64,000 nucleotides of DNA from an uncultured Verrucomicrobiae bacterium (lineage in GTDB: Bacteria > Verrucomicrobiota > Verrucomicrobiia > Limisphaerales > UBA11358). The stretch covers positions 71,790 through 135,789 of the forward strand of contig CAWDKS010000008.1 of NCBI GenBank assembly GCA_963802965.1, given 5' to 3'. The number at the start of each line of letters is the position of its first letter. Position 1 is the first letter of the stretch. Position numbers and translations under genes: made by a program. The notes beneath the pieces were generated by a model, which searched no databases, was not told the DNA's origin, and saw nothing but the letters and a program-made list of their open reading frames with translations. Of the stretch, positions 8,758 through 17,525 are shown in pieces.

Positions 8758-8801
8758 CAGTAATAATCGGCGGGCAAGCAAAGAGGCTTATGGAGTATCA
8801 G

Positions 8802-9035
8802 TCAGGTTGTTTCTGCACGCGGTTTTTTGCCCAAAGCATCGAGCCGTTGATACCGTTTTTCTTCCAGTTCCTTTTCCTCGCGGTTTAAATCCGCCATCCA
8901 TTCGGCGAACGGCTTGTCGCCGGGCTCGCGTTTGAACACGCCGCGAAACGAATGAATGAGCTTCCGCATTTCTTCCGTCTTCATCTGATTCCGACGCGAC
9001 GAGTCCGGCGACAGTTTCTTCTTCCGGCGAGGCAT
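8802..9035 (-). CDS. hypothetical protein (charged, helical)
   Basis: ORF 8802..9050, likely start MPRRKKK at 9035; no family recognised. Confidence 0.35.
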   Translation of the reverse strand: MPRRKKKLSPDSSRRNQMKTEEMRKLIHSFRGVFKREPGDKPFAEWMADLNREEKELEEKRYQRLDALGKKPRAETT

Positions 9036-9316
9036 GGCGCGATATTGCACCCGTCAAGAACGGGAGACCAGAGGATTTTGGACATGCCATTTTGCGCGCC
9101 CGGCGTCTGTGGACTATCGGCTACAATCTGAGCGAAGCGAAGACCAGCCTTCGCTCAGAGGCTTCGGCACGGCAGGTGGAAGATCGAGGATGGCGGATGG
9201 CCGCGCAGCAGCACGGCCCTACCACGCACAGAAGAAAATTTGCGGTCATCCATCCTTCGTTTAGAAACTATGGAGGACAGGTCGGCGTCATCTGCGGGGG
9301 AATGGCGGTCGAGGCT

Positions 9317-9469
9317 TCAGGGCTTTTCGGCAACGACTTTTCCGTTACGCCACAAGTAAATCGGCGTGCCGTGGAGGCGGGCGGTCTTGCGCGCCACCAA
9401 AGCGGCGCGGCGCAACGCGCGTCCGGCGCCGGTCAGAGAACTTTTGTATTTAACGCTTCTCGTCTTCAT
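9317..9469 (-). CDS. hypothetical small protein
   Basis: MKTRSVKYKSSLTGAGRALRRAALVARKTARLHGTPIYLWRNGKVVAEKP; internal ATG of ORF 9317..9574; no family recognised. Confidence 0.35.
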   Translation of the reverse strand: MKTRSVKYKSSLTGAGRALRRAALVARKTARLHGTPIYLWRNGKVVAEKP

Positions 9470-9592
9470 CTTTGGACTGCAATAGTCGCGGACTGTCCCC
9501 GGATGTGATTCTGCCCCCGGTGACCGGAGTTTCAAGGCGGAAACATCGAACATCGAACGCTCAACATCCAACATCCAATGAAGGCGGCCGAC

Positions 9593-11494
9593 TCAAACCG
9601 TTCCCGCGGGCTTCGCAACGCGGTAGCTGCGCCACAGTTTGACCGGCAGCAGGCCGAGGAGGATGAGGATGACCTGGCTGCCGATGAAGAGGCTCAACCA
9701 TTGGAATGCCGCGTCGGTGAATCCGTAGCTGTGCAGGCCGATGCCGAGCATGTTCACGCCGAACCAGGAGAAGCTGGTGACAATGTTGCCGAACACGGCC
9801 AGGTTCATCAGGCCGCGCTCGCGCACGAGGCCGCCCCAGCGCGCGTGCAGGATGGTCGCGTTCCACAACACGATGAGCAGCGCGCCGTTTTCCTTCGGGT
9901 CCCAGCCCCAGAACCGGCCCCACGACTGGTCGGCCCAGATGCCGCCAAGCACCGTGCCGACAAAGCTGAACAGCGTCGCGAAACAAACAATGCCATAAAC
10001 CATCCGCGCCAGTGATTTGGCGGTTTCCGCCGAAAGCGTGGTGGTGAACACGCCGCGCAGGATGTAAATGATGGCCAGAAACCCCGCCACAAAGGTCGAG
10101 GCGTAGCCGAGCGTGACGGTCACGACGTGGGTGGCCAGCCAGAAATTGGTGTCGAGCACGGCGCGCATCATTTCCATGGTGTCGCCGCCGAGCGCCAGGT
10201 TGTGCGCGATGATCAGTGTGACGAAACCGACAAACGCCGCGACGACGCAGCCGATGCCGTCGCGGTAAATTTTCTCGAGCACCATTCCAAGGATGACCGC
10301 CGCCCAGCCGATGAAAATGGCCGAGGAATAAAGGTTGGTCACCGGCGGCCGGCCTTCGAGATACATCCGGAACACGAGGCCGAACGTGTGAATGAGCCAC
10401 GCGAGAAAGATGAGATAAAACGCCGAACGCCGGAGCCAGTCCGAGGCATTGAATGCCGGCGCTTTGCGGGTGGCGGTGGCGCCACCGCCACCGAACCACG
10501 ACAGGAATGCGAGCACCAGGGCGAGCACGTAGATGACCATGGCCTTGTAGAACGGCTCCATCGTGCTGAAGAAACATTCCTCGTTCGCCTTGCGCACCTG
10601 CGGCGCGAAACGCTCGGCCAGCCACGCGTGGTATTGACCCACCAGGCGGTTGAAATCGTCCGGCAGCCCGGAACGATAGGCGGTCACCATTTCGGCATAA
10701 AATGTTGTCGCCGGGTTGAATTCGCCGGTGCGCGCGGTCTGCATGAGGTTGGTGCCGATGTTCTGCCAGTCGTCGCGCGGCAGGGCGGGGTCCATGGGCG
10801 GAATGGTCAGCGGCAGGGCGAAGCTGGCGACGGTGTTGTAATTGCCCATGAAACCCAGCAGGGTGTTGAAGGCGTCCTGGTCGAATTTTTTGCCGGCGTC
10901 ACGGGCGTCCACGGCGGCAATGCCCGGCGCGATGCTCTTCTGGTAGGCATCCAGTTCCGCCGCAAAATCGTCCGAAGCCGGCGGTTTGAGGCTGACTTCG
11001 AGCCGCTGATACAGGTCCATGGCCTCGTAGAGCTTCATCAACTGCGACTCGAAGACGGTGCGTTTGGAAGGATCAACCGGCCCGATGCGGCTGACCTGTT
11101 TTTCAATCTCGTCCATCTGCGGACGGATCTGGTTGAAGGAATAATATTTCTGGTTGTCGGGCAGCTTGAGCAGCTCGGTGACCTCGTTGTTGTCAATGCG
11201 GAAGACTTTCCGGTCGTCGGACGCCTCGGGTTTCATCATCGCTTCGAGCAGCCAGTCCATGGCGGACATCTCCCTGCTTTTGCCATTTTCCTCGGTGAGG
11301 ACGGTTTGTCTGGCGCGGATTTGGAGCAGGGAATTGCGGGCGACGGAATCGAACGGCTGGAAGCGGCCGTTCATGAGGACGGGCAGTTTGCCAAAAGCGC
11401 GGGTGTTGAAGCCGGTTTCCGGCGGCTGACGCAGGCCGGACAGCGCCCAGCCCGCCATCACCACAACCAGAATGAGGGGAATCCACTTTTTCAT
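9593..11494 (-). CDS. ccsA: cytochrome c biogenesis protein CcsA/ResC (System II) with long N-terminal periplasmic extension
   Basis: Trp-rich heme-handling motif WADQSWGRFWGWDPKENGALLIVLW; multiple TM segments; start MKKWIPLILVVV. Confidence 0.88.
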   Translation of the reverse strand: MKKWIPLILVVVMAGWALSGLRQPPETGFNTRAFGKLPVLMNGRFQPFDSVARNSLLQIRARQTVLTEENGKSREMSAMDWLLEAMMKPEASDDRKVFRIDNNEVTELLKLPDNQKYYSFNQIRPQMDEIEKQVSRIGPVDPSKRTVFESQLMKLYEAMDLYQRLEVSLKPPASDDFAAELDAYQKSIAPGIAAVDARDAGKKFDQDAFNTLLGFMGNYNTVASFALPLTIPPMDPALPRDDWQNIGTNLMQTARTGEFNPATTFYAEMVTAYRSGLPDDFNRLVGQYHAWLAERFAPQVRKANEECFFSTMEPFYKAMVIYVLALVLAFLSWFGGGGATATRKAPAFNASDWLRRSAFYLIFLAWLIHTFGLVFRMYLEGRPPVTNLYSSAIFIGWAAVILGMVLEKIYRDGIGCVVAAFVGFVTLIIAHNLALGGDTMEMMRAVLDTNFWLATHVVTVTLGYASTFVAGFLAIIYILRGVFTTTLSAETAKSLARMVYGIVCFATLFSFVGTVLGGIWADQSWGRFWGWDPKENGALLIVLWNATILHARWGGLVRERGLMNLAVFGNIVTSFSWFGVNMLGIGLHSYGFTDAAFQWLSLFIGSQVILILLGLLPVKLWRSYRVAKPAGTV

Positions 11495-11506
11495 AATTTC
11501 GTTCGG

Positions 11507-11583
11507 TCTGTAGCAGTCCCGCCGAGCGGGATCAGTCCGCTCCATTCTGGTGAAGTGTGAGCCGACTCACGTCGGCTGCTACG
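11507..11583. repeat. family-A palindromic element (GTAGCAG..CTGCTAC termini)
   Basis: tgtagcagtcccgccgagcggg...gagccgactcacgtcggctgctac; intergenic ccsA-resB. Confidence 0.7.
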
Positions 11584-11633
11584 ATGAAACAGTCCCCGGT
11601 TCAATCGCAAACCGCAAATCGCAAATCGTAAAT

Positions 11634-12776
11634 TCATCGAAGCCTCCGTTTCAAGAAGGGGAACAGGTGACTGAGAAACTGGATGAGCAGGCCCAACGCC
11701 ACCAGCACGCACGCAAAGTAGGGCGTCAGCCAGCTCGGATTATGCACCACCTGCAGCACGCTGCCGTGGTCGTCGGGGTCGAAGCTCGCCTGATAAAATG
11801 TTTCACCGGCGTAGCGCAACGGGTTGTTCATGAAAATCCGCACCTCGCGGTCCTCGCCGTTTTCCAGGTTTTGCAGCCGGACCCGGCTGGAGAAATTCTT
11901 GGGGATGTCGGTGCCCGGATATTTGTCATGCCGGAACTCGATGAGGTGGAGGCTGAACGGCAGGTAATAACGTTCCTGGCGCAACAACAATTGATAGGAA
12001 CGGCCGTTGTAGGTGAACGATTGCGGTTGGTCCAGCCACGCGGACACGAGGAACGTGCCCAGCGAACCCTGCGGAGTGACGATCTCAACGATGGCCGACG
12101 GCATGTCGAGCCGGTTCATCTCGGTTTCGCGCGGTTCTTCGCGCCACCAGATGCCGGCGCCGAGGCCGGCGGTGGTTTTGACCGGCTCATAACCCGGCTG
12201 GGATTGCTGCACAAGCGATGAATTGGCGTAAAAGGTCTTCGCGCGCACGGTGAACGGCATCTCCGGGTCGCTCACTTCACCCCGGCGCACCAGCACTGAA
12301 CAGGGGATGGCGACGACCTTGTCCGAGTCCGGGTCGGTGGTGTCCATGACCGCCAGTTCATCGGCGCGCTCGGCCTCGGAGTAATTTTTTGTTTCGCCGA
12401 TGCGCAGGTGCAGGGCGCTTTCCCGAGACAGGAAATCCGTGAGCATCTGACCGAGCAGCAACAGCACGACGCCGAGGTGGATCAGCATGATGCCGATTTT
12501 TCTTTTACCGGGCTGATAATAGCGGAAGTGCGCGACGAACAGGTTGATGAGCAGGATGGTCCCGATGAAGTAACCGCCGGGAAAGATGGGGATGTGGAAG
12601 CTGGAACCGGCCGGCGTCCAATAGACAAAAAAGCTGCGGAAAAATTCGTTCTGGGCCTTGAAAAGGCCGAGATGCACCTGGGCGATGGTGCCCCAGAACA
12701 CAATCACGCAACCGAACACCAGGCACGTGACGGTGAGCTTGAGCGAGGAAAAAAGTCGGTACAGGTTTGTGAGCAT
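11634..12776 (-). CDS. resB: cytochrome c biogenesis protein ResB/CcsB (System II)
   Basis: N-terminal LFSSLKLTVTCLVFGCVIVFWGTIAQ TM pattern, large periplasmic domain, C-terminal TM; directly upstream of ccsA. Confidence 0.8.
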   Translation of the reverse strand: MLTNLYRLFSSLKLTVTCLVFGCVIVFWGTIAQVHLGLFKAQNEFFRSFFVYWTPAGSSFHIPIFPGGYFIGTILLINLFVAHFRYYQPGKRKIGIMLIHLGVVLLLLGQMLTDFLSRESALHLRIGETKNYSEAERADELAVMDTTDPDSDKVVAIPCSVLVRRGEVSDPEMPFTVRAKTFYANSSLVQQSQPGYEPVKTTAGLGAGIWWREEPRETEMNRLDMPSAIVEIVTPQGSLGTFLVSAWLDQPQSFTYNGRSYQLLLRQERYYLPFSLHLIEFRHDKYPGTDIPKNFSSRVRLQNLENGEDREVRIFMNNPLRYAGETFYQASFDPDDHGSVLQVVHNPSWLTPYFACVLVALGLLIQFLSHLFPFLKRRLR

Positions 12777-12789
12777 TTCAGCTTGGATT

Positions 12790-12898
12790 TTCTCCCTCTC
12801 CTCCCCAAAGAGGAGAGGGGCGGGGTGAGGAGGCCGATTATTTCAGGATTAAAATCCCCTCTCCCCGGCCCTCTCCCCGCCTGGGCGGAGCGAGGGAG
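12790..12898. repeat. family-C ~110-bp element (CTCCCTCTCC...GGAGCGAGGGAG)
   Basis: Reverse complement matches 52345-52490 and 14251-14362 by eye. Confidence 0.7.
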
Positions 12899-12965
12899 TT
12901 TGTGGTGCTGTCAGATTGCGTTCATTCTCCTGTGTGCTTTGCGGTTTCGACTATTCATTTCGATT

Positions 12966-14171
12966 TCAGTATTTCACGCCTTGGACGAATTGAGTGAACG
13001 CGGCCTTCTGGCTTTCGACCACCTTCGCGTCGCCCATCAGCTTGTAAAACCAGGTCTGGCTGGATTGCGGGACCACGACGCCAACGAGCCGGGTCGGCTG
13101 GCCGGTCCGGACATCCGTGCCGCTTAGATCCACGAGCGATGCCGTGCCGCCCGCCACGTCAACTGCCGTCACCAGTTTGTTCACGTCGTTGTCGGACAAC
13201 GGGGCCAGGCCAAGCTGGCCGCGCCAGCGGTTGACGTTGCTGGTCAAACCGCCGCCTTCGCCGGCGGAACTGCTGACGTTGACGGCCGCCGTCGCGCCGC
13301 CTTCACCGGTGAGCATGAATTTGGCGACCAGAAATTGTCCGCCGGAAACCTCCTGCCAGCCGGTCGGCGCCTGCCAGTTCGGCTTGCCTTCGTTGGAAAC
13401 CGGGGCGGTGGCCGGAGACGCCCCCACGCCCATGTCACTGGCCGACAGGTTTGACGGCGGCAAGGGCGTCGGCTCCGGCGCGGCGGCGAAATTCAACGAT
13501 TTGAGGAAGGCGACAAAAGCCGGCTTTTGCTGTTCAACCAACGCGGCGTCACCGGTCATTTTGAAAAACCATGCCATGTCGTCACGATGCTGGATCACAC
13601 CCAGAATGCGTTGCGCGTCGCCGGCGATGTCGTAGAGCTGCGCCGGCTGGCCGGCGGCTTCGACATCTTCCGCGGATTTTTTCAATTCATCCGGCGACAC
13701 GGGTGACAATCCAACCTGGCCGCGCCAGCGGTTGACGTTGGCGTCGTCATTCCCGGCCAGGCCGGGCAGGGGAATGACACTGATGTCGGCCGATTTGCCG
13801 TCCGCGCCGGTCACCTTGAATGACGCCACGCGCATTTGACTGGGCGGGACCTCGGTCCAGCCGTCCGGTGTTTTCCAAGTCAACTGCGGCAGGGCGACTG
13901 CGGATGCCGCGGGCAACGCGGCCGCAGGTGCGGACGAGATGTCCGGATGTCCCGGCGGCAACGACGGGTTGGGCGAATCGGTGGGCAAAGCGGGCGCGGC
14001 TTGTTGTTGTGGCTGGTCCTGGTCCTTGGCCACGCGATAGACCTTCACTTCGTCGCGATGGCAGCCGGCCACGAGCAACAGCAACGGCGTCAAAACCGCC
14101 GGCAACCAGACACGTTTGGGAAAGCGGCGACGGGGGACGGACCCGCATTTTTCGATTGGATGACTTTTCAC
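12966..14171 (-). CDS. lipoprotein with two tandem ~150-aa homologous domains, unknown function
   Basis: Lipobox LLLVAGC; repeated W..P.GW.EV...F...G..G....V....G....NVNRWRGQ.GL.P blocks (NVNRWRGQVGLSP / NVNRWRGQLGLAP). Confidence 0.7.
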   Translation of the reverse strand: MKSHPIEKCGSVPRRRFPKRVWLPAVLTPLLLLVAGCHRDEVKVYRVAKDQDQPQQQAAPALPTDSPNPSLPPGHPDISSAPAAALPAASAVALPQLTWKTPDGWTEVPPSQMRVASFKVTGADGKSADISVIPLPGLAGNDDANVNRWRGQVGLSPVSPDELKKSAEDVEAAGQPAQLYDIAGDAQRILGVIQHRDDMAWFFKMTGDAALVEQQKPAFVAFLKSLNFAAAPEPTPLPPSNLSASDMGVGASPATAPVSNEGKPNWQAPTGWQEVSGGQFLVAKFMLTGEGGATAAVNVSSSAGEGGGLTSNVNRWRGQLGLAPLSDNDVNKLVTAVDVAGGTASLVDLSGTDVRTGQPTRLVGVVVPQSSQTWFYKLMGDAKVVESQKAAFTQFVQGVKY

Positions 14172-14250
14172 GGTAAGAAATTAGGTTAAGGATTGGTGAG
14201 AATTCAAGTTTATTCTGGCCGGACGGGGGCGCATCTTGACACTGCCCCGA

Positions 14251-14362
14251 CTCCCTCTCCCCGCCAGAGCGGGGAGGGGGCTGGGGCGAGGGGATTTGAT
14301 CTGGAAAAAACAACGAGCCTCCTCACCCCGGCCCTCTCCTCGTTTGGCGAGGAGAGGGAGAA
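14251..14362. repeat. family-C ~110-bp element
   Basis: ctccctctccccgccagagcggggaggggg...gagcctcctcaccccggccctctcct...ggagagggag. Confidence 0.65.
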
Positions 14363-14453
14363 AAGCCGGGTAGTGCGCGCATGCGCCGCGGGTCGCCGCG
14401 GGCGGAAGGGTTTGGGTCAAGGTTGCGAGATTCAAACAATGCCCTCATGCCGG

Positions 14454-16580
14454 TTAAAAACGGTATTGCAGGCTGGAGAAGATGACGTGGGCGTCGTAAT
14501 TGAAGTTGCCGCCGGACGCCGCATCTTCATAATGGGTGAAGGCGTATTTCAGGTTGAGGCGCAGATTTTTGGTGATGCGGCGGGAGAGCGTCGCGGTGAT
14601 GCTGTGCTCCTCGGTGTCGGTCCCGAGCGGCAGGCCGCCAACGATGTTGTTCTGGCCGTCGGCGGCGCGATAATAAAAATAACCCAGGTTCAAATCGGTC
14701 CTGTCATCCAGCACAAAATCGGAGTTGAAGTTGAGCGTCCAGTAGTTGTTTTGCGAGTTGAGGATGGCCTGGGTGTAATCGGAGGCCGGCGTTTTCGTCT
14801 CGCTGATGACGTAATTGAATCCCACCTGCAAACCGAGCCAGCTCAGTGGCGTCCAGCTCGCGTTCTGGCCGATGATGTGGGTGTGCATCCGCGAGGAATC
14901 CACCTCGCTCAAGCCGGAGGCGGGGTCGGGCCGCGTGCTGATGGTGGAGAGCTGATATTCGTAGCGGCTGACGAGCGTGACCTTGTTCCACGGGCGCAGC
15001 GTGAGGCGGAGGTTGCCATCCCACGTTTGAAATCCCTGATAGACGAGGAAGCCGGGATAAACTTCCCCGCCGCTGAAATTGTTTGTCGTGCTGTCCTCGG
15101 TGAAATTGTAATTGTAGCGGTTGATTTTGTAATAGCCGCCGAAGTCAATGCTCGTCCGGGCGGCCGGATACCAGCGGGCGCTGGCGGAATATTTTTGGAA
15201 GAGGCGCGAGTCATCGGTCGCGAATTCCACCGGCGCGGGTCCGAAACCGGAAACCTGGGTCAGCCCTCCGTGTTCGTTCAAATTCCCCCGGCCTTCGGTC
15301 CATTGGCCGCCGAGATTAAAAACCCAATTGGTTACACCGATGTAACGCAAGTCCAGGCGTTCGCTGACATCGAGCGAATCACGTCCGCTGTTGTCGGTGA
15401 ACGGTTCTTGCTCGCCGGTGTCCAGCGTGCCCATGCCGGCGGAATTGGCGTTCCAATCCTCCTTTTGTATCCGAAGCGAGGGTGTGACGGTCAAATTTTT
15501 GGTGAGCAGCGACATCAAGTTGACATTGGCGACATACTGGTGTTCGTGGGCGCTGCCATTGAGATTGTAGTAGCCGTAGTTGAGGGCCGGATAAGCCGGC
15601 GAATAAACCACGTCAAAATCATCCCCGTAAATCCGGCTGCCGGTGAAAGTGTCGTCCAGGTTGGCAAACATGAAACCGGCGGACAGGAACAGGTTTTTCT
15701 TGAGCCAGCTTTCGGCAAAGGCGTGGGTGCTCAACATGTCATAGGCGGTGCCCTGCTGGTCAGTGGCTTTTTCTTGGGCGGGTTCTCCTGGAAAGAAGGT
15801 GAGCAGGTGGGCGTCGTTCATTGTCCCCGTTTCATAGCTCACTCCCGCCCCGTAATTCACCGTTTTGTAATGATGGGTCAGATCCAATTGGAATGTGTCG
15901 GACTTTTCGTCAATGTCGAAAATGCCCGGATATGCACGATAGAGGCTTCCACTGTTGGGATCATGGACCGGTCCCCAGAGAGTCGAACTTTTCTCGCCGT
16001 CGCGGTAGCTGTGGCTGTATTTGAAGGTGATTTGCGGCAAATCCGGTTTGGCCAGCCCCATTTCGAAGGTAATCCGGCCGCGGTCCAGCGCCAGCGCATC
16101 GCCCGGCAGCGAATACGATTGCTGCGCGTCGGGCAGGTATCCTCCGGCGCCGGAATCCCAGGTGCGGAAATTCTCGAAATTGAAACGGACAAAACCAAGG
16201 TCATCGCGAACCAGGCCAAGCCCGACGCTGTAATCGTGATCATCAAAAATGGAATGTCCGTCCAGCGTGAAGGTGGTCTTTTTGGCCACCTGATCTTCGT
16301 AGTGCAGGTCGGTGATGCCGCCGAAGACGCCGGTATTGAGGCGCTCGCGTTGTTCCGCCCCGTTCGCGTAACCGTGGGTCAACAATGCGCCGGTGGAAAG
16401 CTCGATCCAGTTGCTGTAGGTGTTGGTGCCGCCCTCATACGATTGTGCCGGCGTGACCGCATCGCCCGCCTGCGCCTGCGCGCCCAGGACGAGGAGCGAC
16501 GCCCCGACGACATACCGGCCGAGACCGGTCTTTCGCGGCGCGGCGCGAAGCGGTTTGGATTTCCGGGATTTTGTTTTCAT
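14454..16580 (-). CDS. large outer-membrane beta-barrel protein (candidate MtrB/PioB-like porin)
   Basis: Signal peptide ..LLVLGAQAQA; alternating beta-strand-like pattern; C-terminal aromatic ..SSLQYRF; immediately downstream of a periplasmic multiheme cytochrome. Confidence 0.75.
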   Translation of the reverse strand: MKTKSRKSKPLRAAPRKTGLGRYVVGASLLVLGAQAQAGDAVTPAQSYEGGTNTYSNWIELSTGALLTHGYANGAEQRERLNTGVFGGITDLHYEDQVAKKTTFTLDGHSIFDDHDYSVGLGLVRDDLGFVRFNFENFRTWDSGAGGYLPDAQQSYSLPGDALALDRGRITFEMGLAKPDLPQITFKYSHSYRDGEKSSTLWGPVHDPNSGSLYRAYPGIFDIDEKSDTFQLDLTHHYKTVNYGAGVSYETGTMNDAHLLTFFPGEPAQEKATDQQGTAYDMLSTHAFAESWLKKNLFLSAGFMFANLDDTFTGSRIYGDDFDVVYSPAYPALNYGYYNLNGSAHEHQYVANVNLMSLLTKNLTVTPSLRIQKEDWNANSAGMGTLDTGEQEPFTDNSGRDSLDVSERLDLRYIGVTNWVFNLGGQWTEGRGNLNEHGGLTQVSGFGPAPVEFATDDSRLFQKYSASARWYPAARTSIDFGGYYKINRYNYNFTEDSTTNNFSGGEVYPGFLVYQGFQTWDGNLRLTLRPWNKVTLVSRYEYQLSTISTRPDPASGLSEVDSSRMHTHIIGQNASWTPLSWLGLQVGFNYVISETKTPASDYTQAILNSQNNYWTLNFNSDFVLDDRTDLNLGYFYYRAADGQNNIVGGLPLGTDTEEHSITATLSRRITKNLRLNLKYAFTHYEDAASGGNFNYDAHVIFSSLQYRF

Positions 16581-16598
16581 CGGGTTCCGTGGCGTTGG

Positions 16599-17459
16599 CT
16601 AAAATCTCAGGGACGGACTCACGCGCGAACCGTGGACTGCCTCATGACAACCGGCGCTCCAGCAGGCGCCCTGGCTCAATTTCGAGGTGTGGTCCACCCC
16701 GCCGATTAGAATTTGGCCTGGCTGGCTTTGCTGGAAATGGCATTTCAAACACAGGTTCGCGTTGCGTTCGGTGAGCAGTTTGGGGTTGACGCTGCCGTGC
16801 GGGGAATGGCAGGTGGTGCAACCTTCGCGCAAGGCTTCGTGCTCAAAGACAAAGGGGCCTTGCTGGGAAGGATGACATTGGACGCAGTTTTCCTCCTGCG
16901 AAAGCAACTGGGTGCTGCCCCCGGCAAAAGCAATGCCCTTGTGCGGGGGATGGCATAGGATGCAGGACATCCGTCCTTCAGGCACGGGATGGTGGCTGGG
17001 AAGATTGAACTGGCCGCGCACGTCCAGATGACATTGATAGCAAGTGTTCTCGACCGCGCGCGCTGGTTCGAGCGGGAAACGCCCGCTCAATGCTTCCGGT
17101 TGCGGCCGGCCGGCGGTGAAACTGTAGGGGGGTTTGACGTCGCCGCCCGAGTCCTCGTGCAAACTGCAGGGGCCGTGGCAGGATTCACAGCCGGCGTTGA
17201 GCCCGTTTTTGCCCAGGGCGATGAGCCGGGCGTGGTCGGCGGTCTTGAAGCTGCGGCAGATATCTTCGTGGCATTGTTCACAATCCGCGGAACCGACATA
17301 TTTCGCGCCCGGCACGTCCGGGAGCACCACCGCCTGATGGCTGAGCGTGCTGCAGGAAATCGCCGCCAGCAGCAAAACGGCCGCGCCGGCGGCTAGCGCC
17401 AGATTGCGACCACGGCGGCCACGCGGCAACAGCTGTTTAATGAATAAAAACTGTTTCAT
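16599..17459 (-). CDS. periplasmic multiheme cytochrome c (7 CxxCH plus one CxxxxCH), MtrA/DmsE/NrfB-like
   Basis: CEQCH, CESCH, CYQCH, CILCH, CVQCH, CTTCH, CLKCH, CWSAGCH; signal peptide. Confidence 0.88.
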   Translation of the reverse strand: MKQFLFIKQLLPRGRRGRNLALAAGAAVLLLAAISCSTLSHQAVVLPDVPGAKYVGSADCEQCHEDICRSFKTADHARLIALGKNGLNAGCESCHGPCSLHEDSGGDVKPPYSFTAGRPQPEALSGRFPLEPARAVENTCYQCHLDVRGQFNLPSHHPVPEGRMSCILCHPPHKGIAFAGGSTQLLSQEENCVQCHPSQQGPFVFEHEALREGCTTCHSPHGSVNPKLLTERNANLCLKCHFQQSQPGQILIGGVDHTSKLSQGACWSAGCHEAVHGSRVSPSLRF

Positions 17460-17525
17460 GCGGATTGTTTTTTGTCGTTCATTTCTCGCCTATTGGCAAA
17501 ATGCGCTGTAACCGTTGCCTGCTGT

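Noticed and set aside
10127-11560. Long antisense ORFs opposite recognised genes. Examples: 10127..11560 vs ccsA, 14193..16709 vs the OM barrel, 23027..24115 vs hemA, 37416..39164 vs msbA, 39779..41032 vs degT, 41016..42143 vs the aldolase, 46631..47617 vs the MBL hydrolase, 48949..50031 vs ilvC, 56917..58359 vs the kinase.
   Set aside because: These are typical stop-poor shadow frames of high-G+C DNA. Their translations are Arg/Gly/Ala/His-rich with no motifs, while the opposite strand carries unambiguous conserved motifs.
12780-14360. Family-C elements as small Pro/Gly-rich protein genes (e.g. ..SPLPRQSGEGAGARG..).
   Set aside because: The same sequence occurs in both orientations and in intergenic positions. 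Its behaviour fits a non-coding interspersed repeat.
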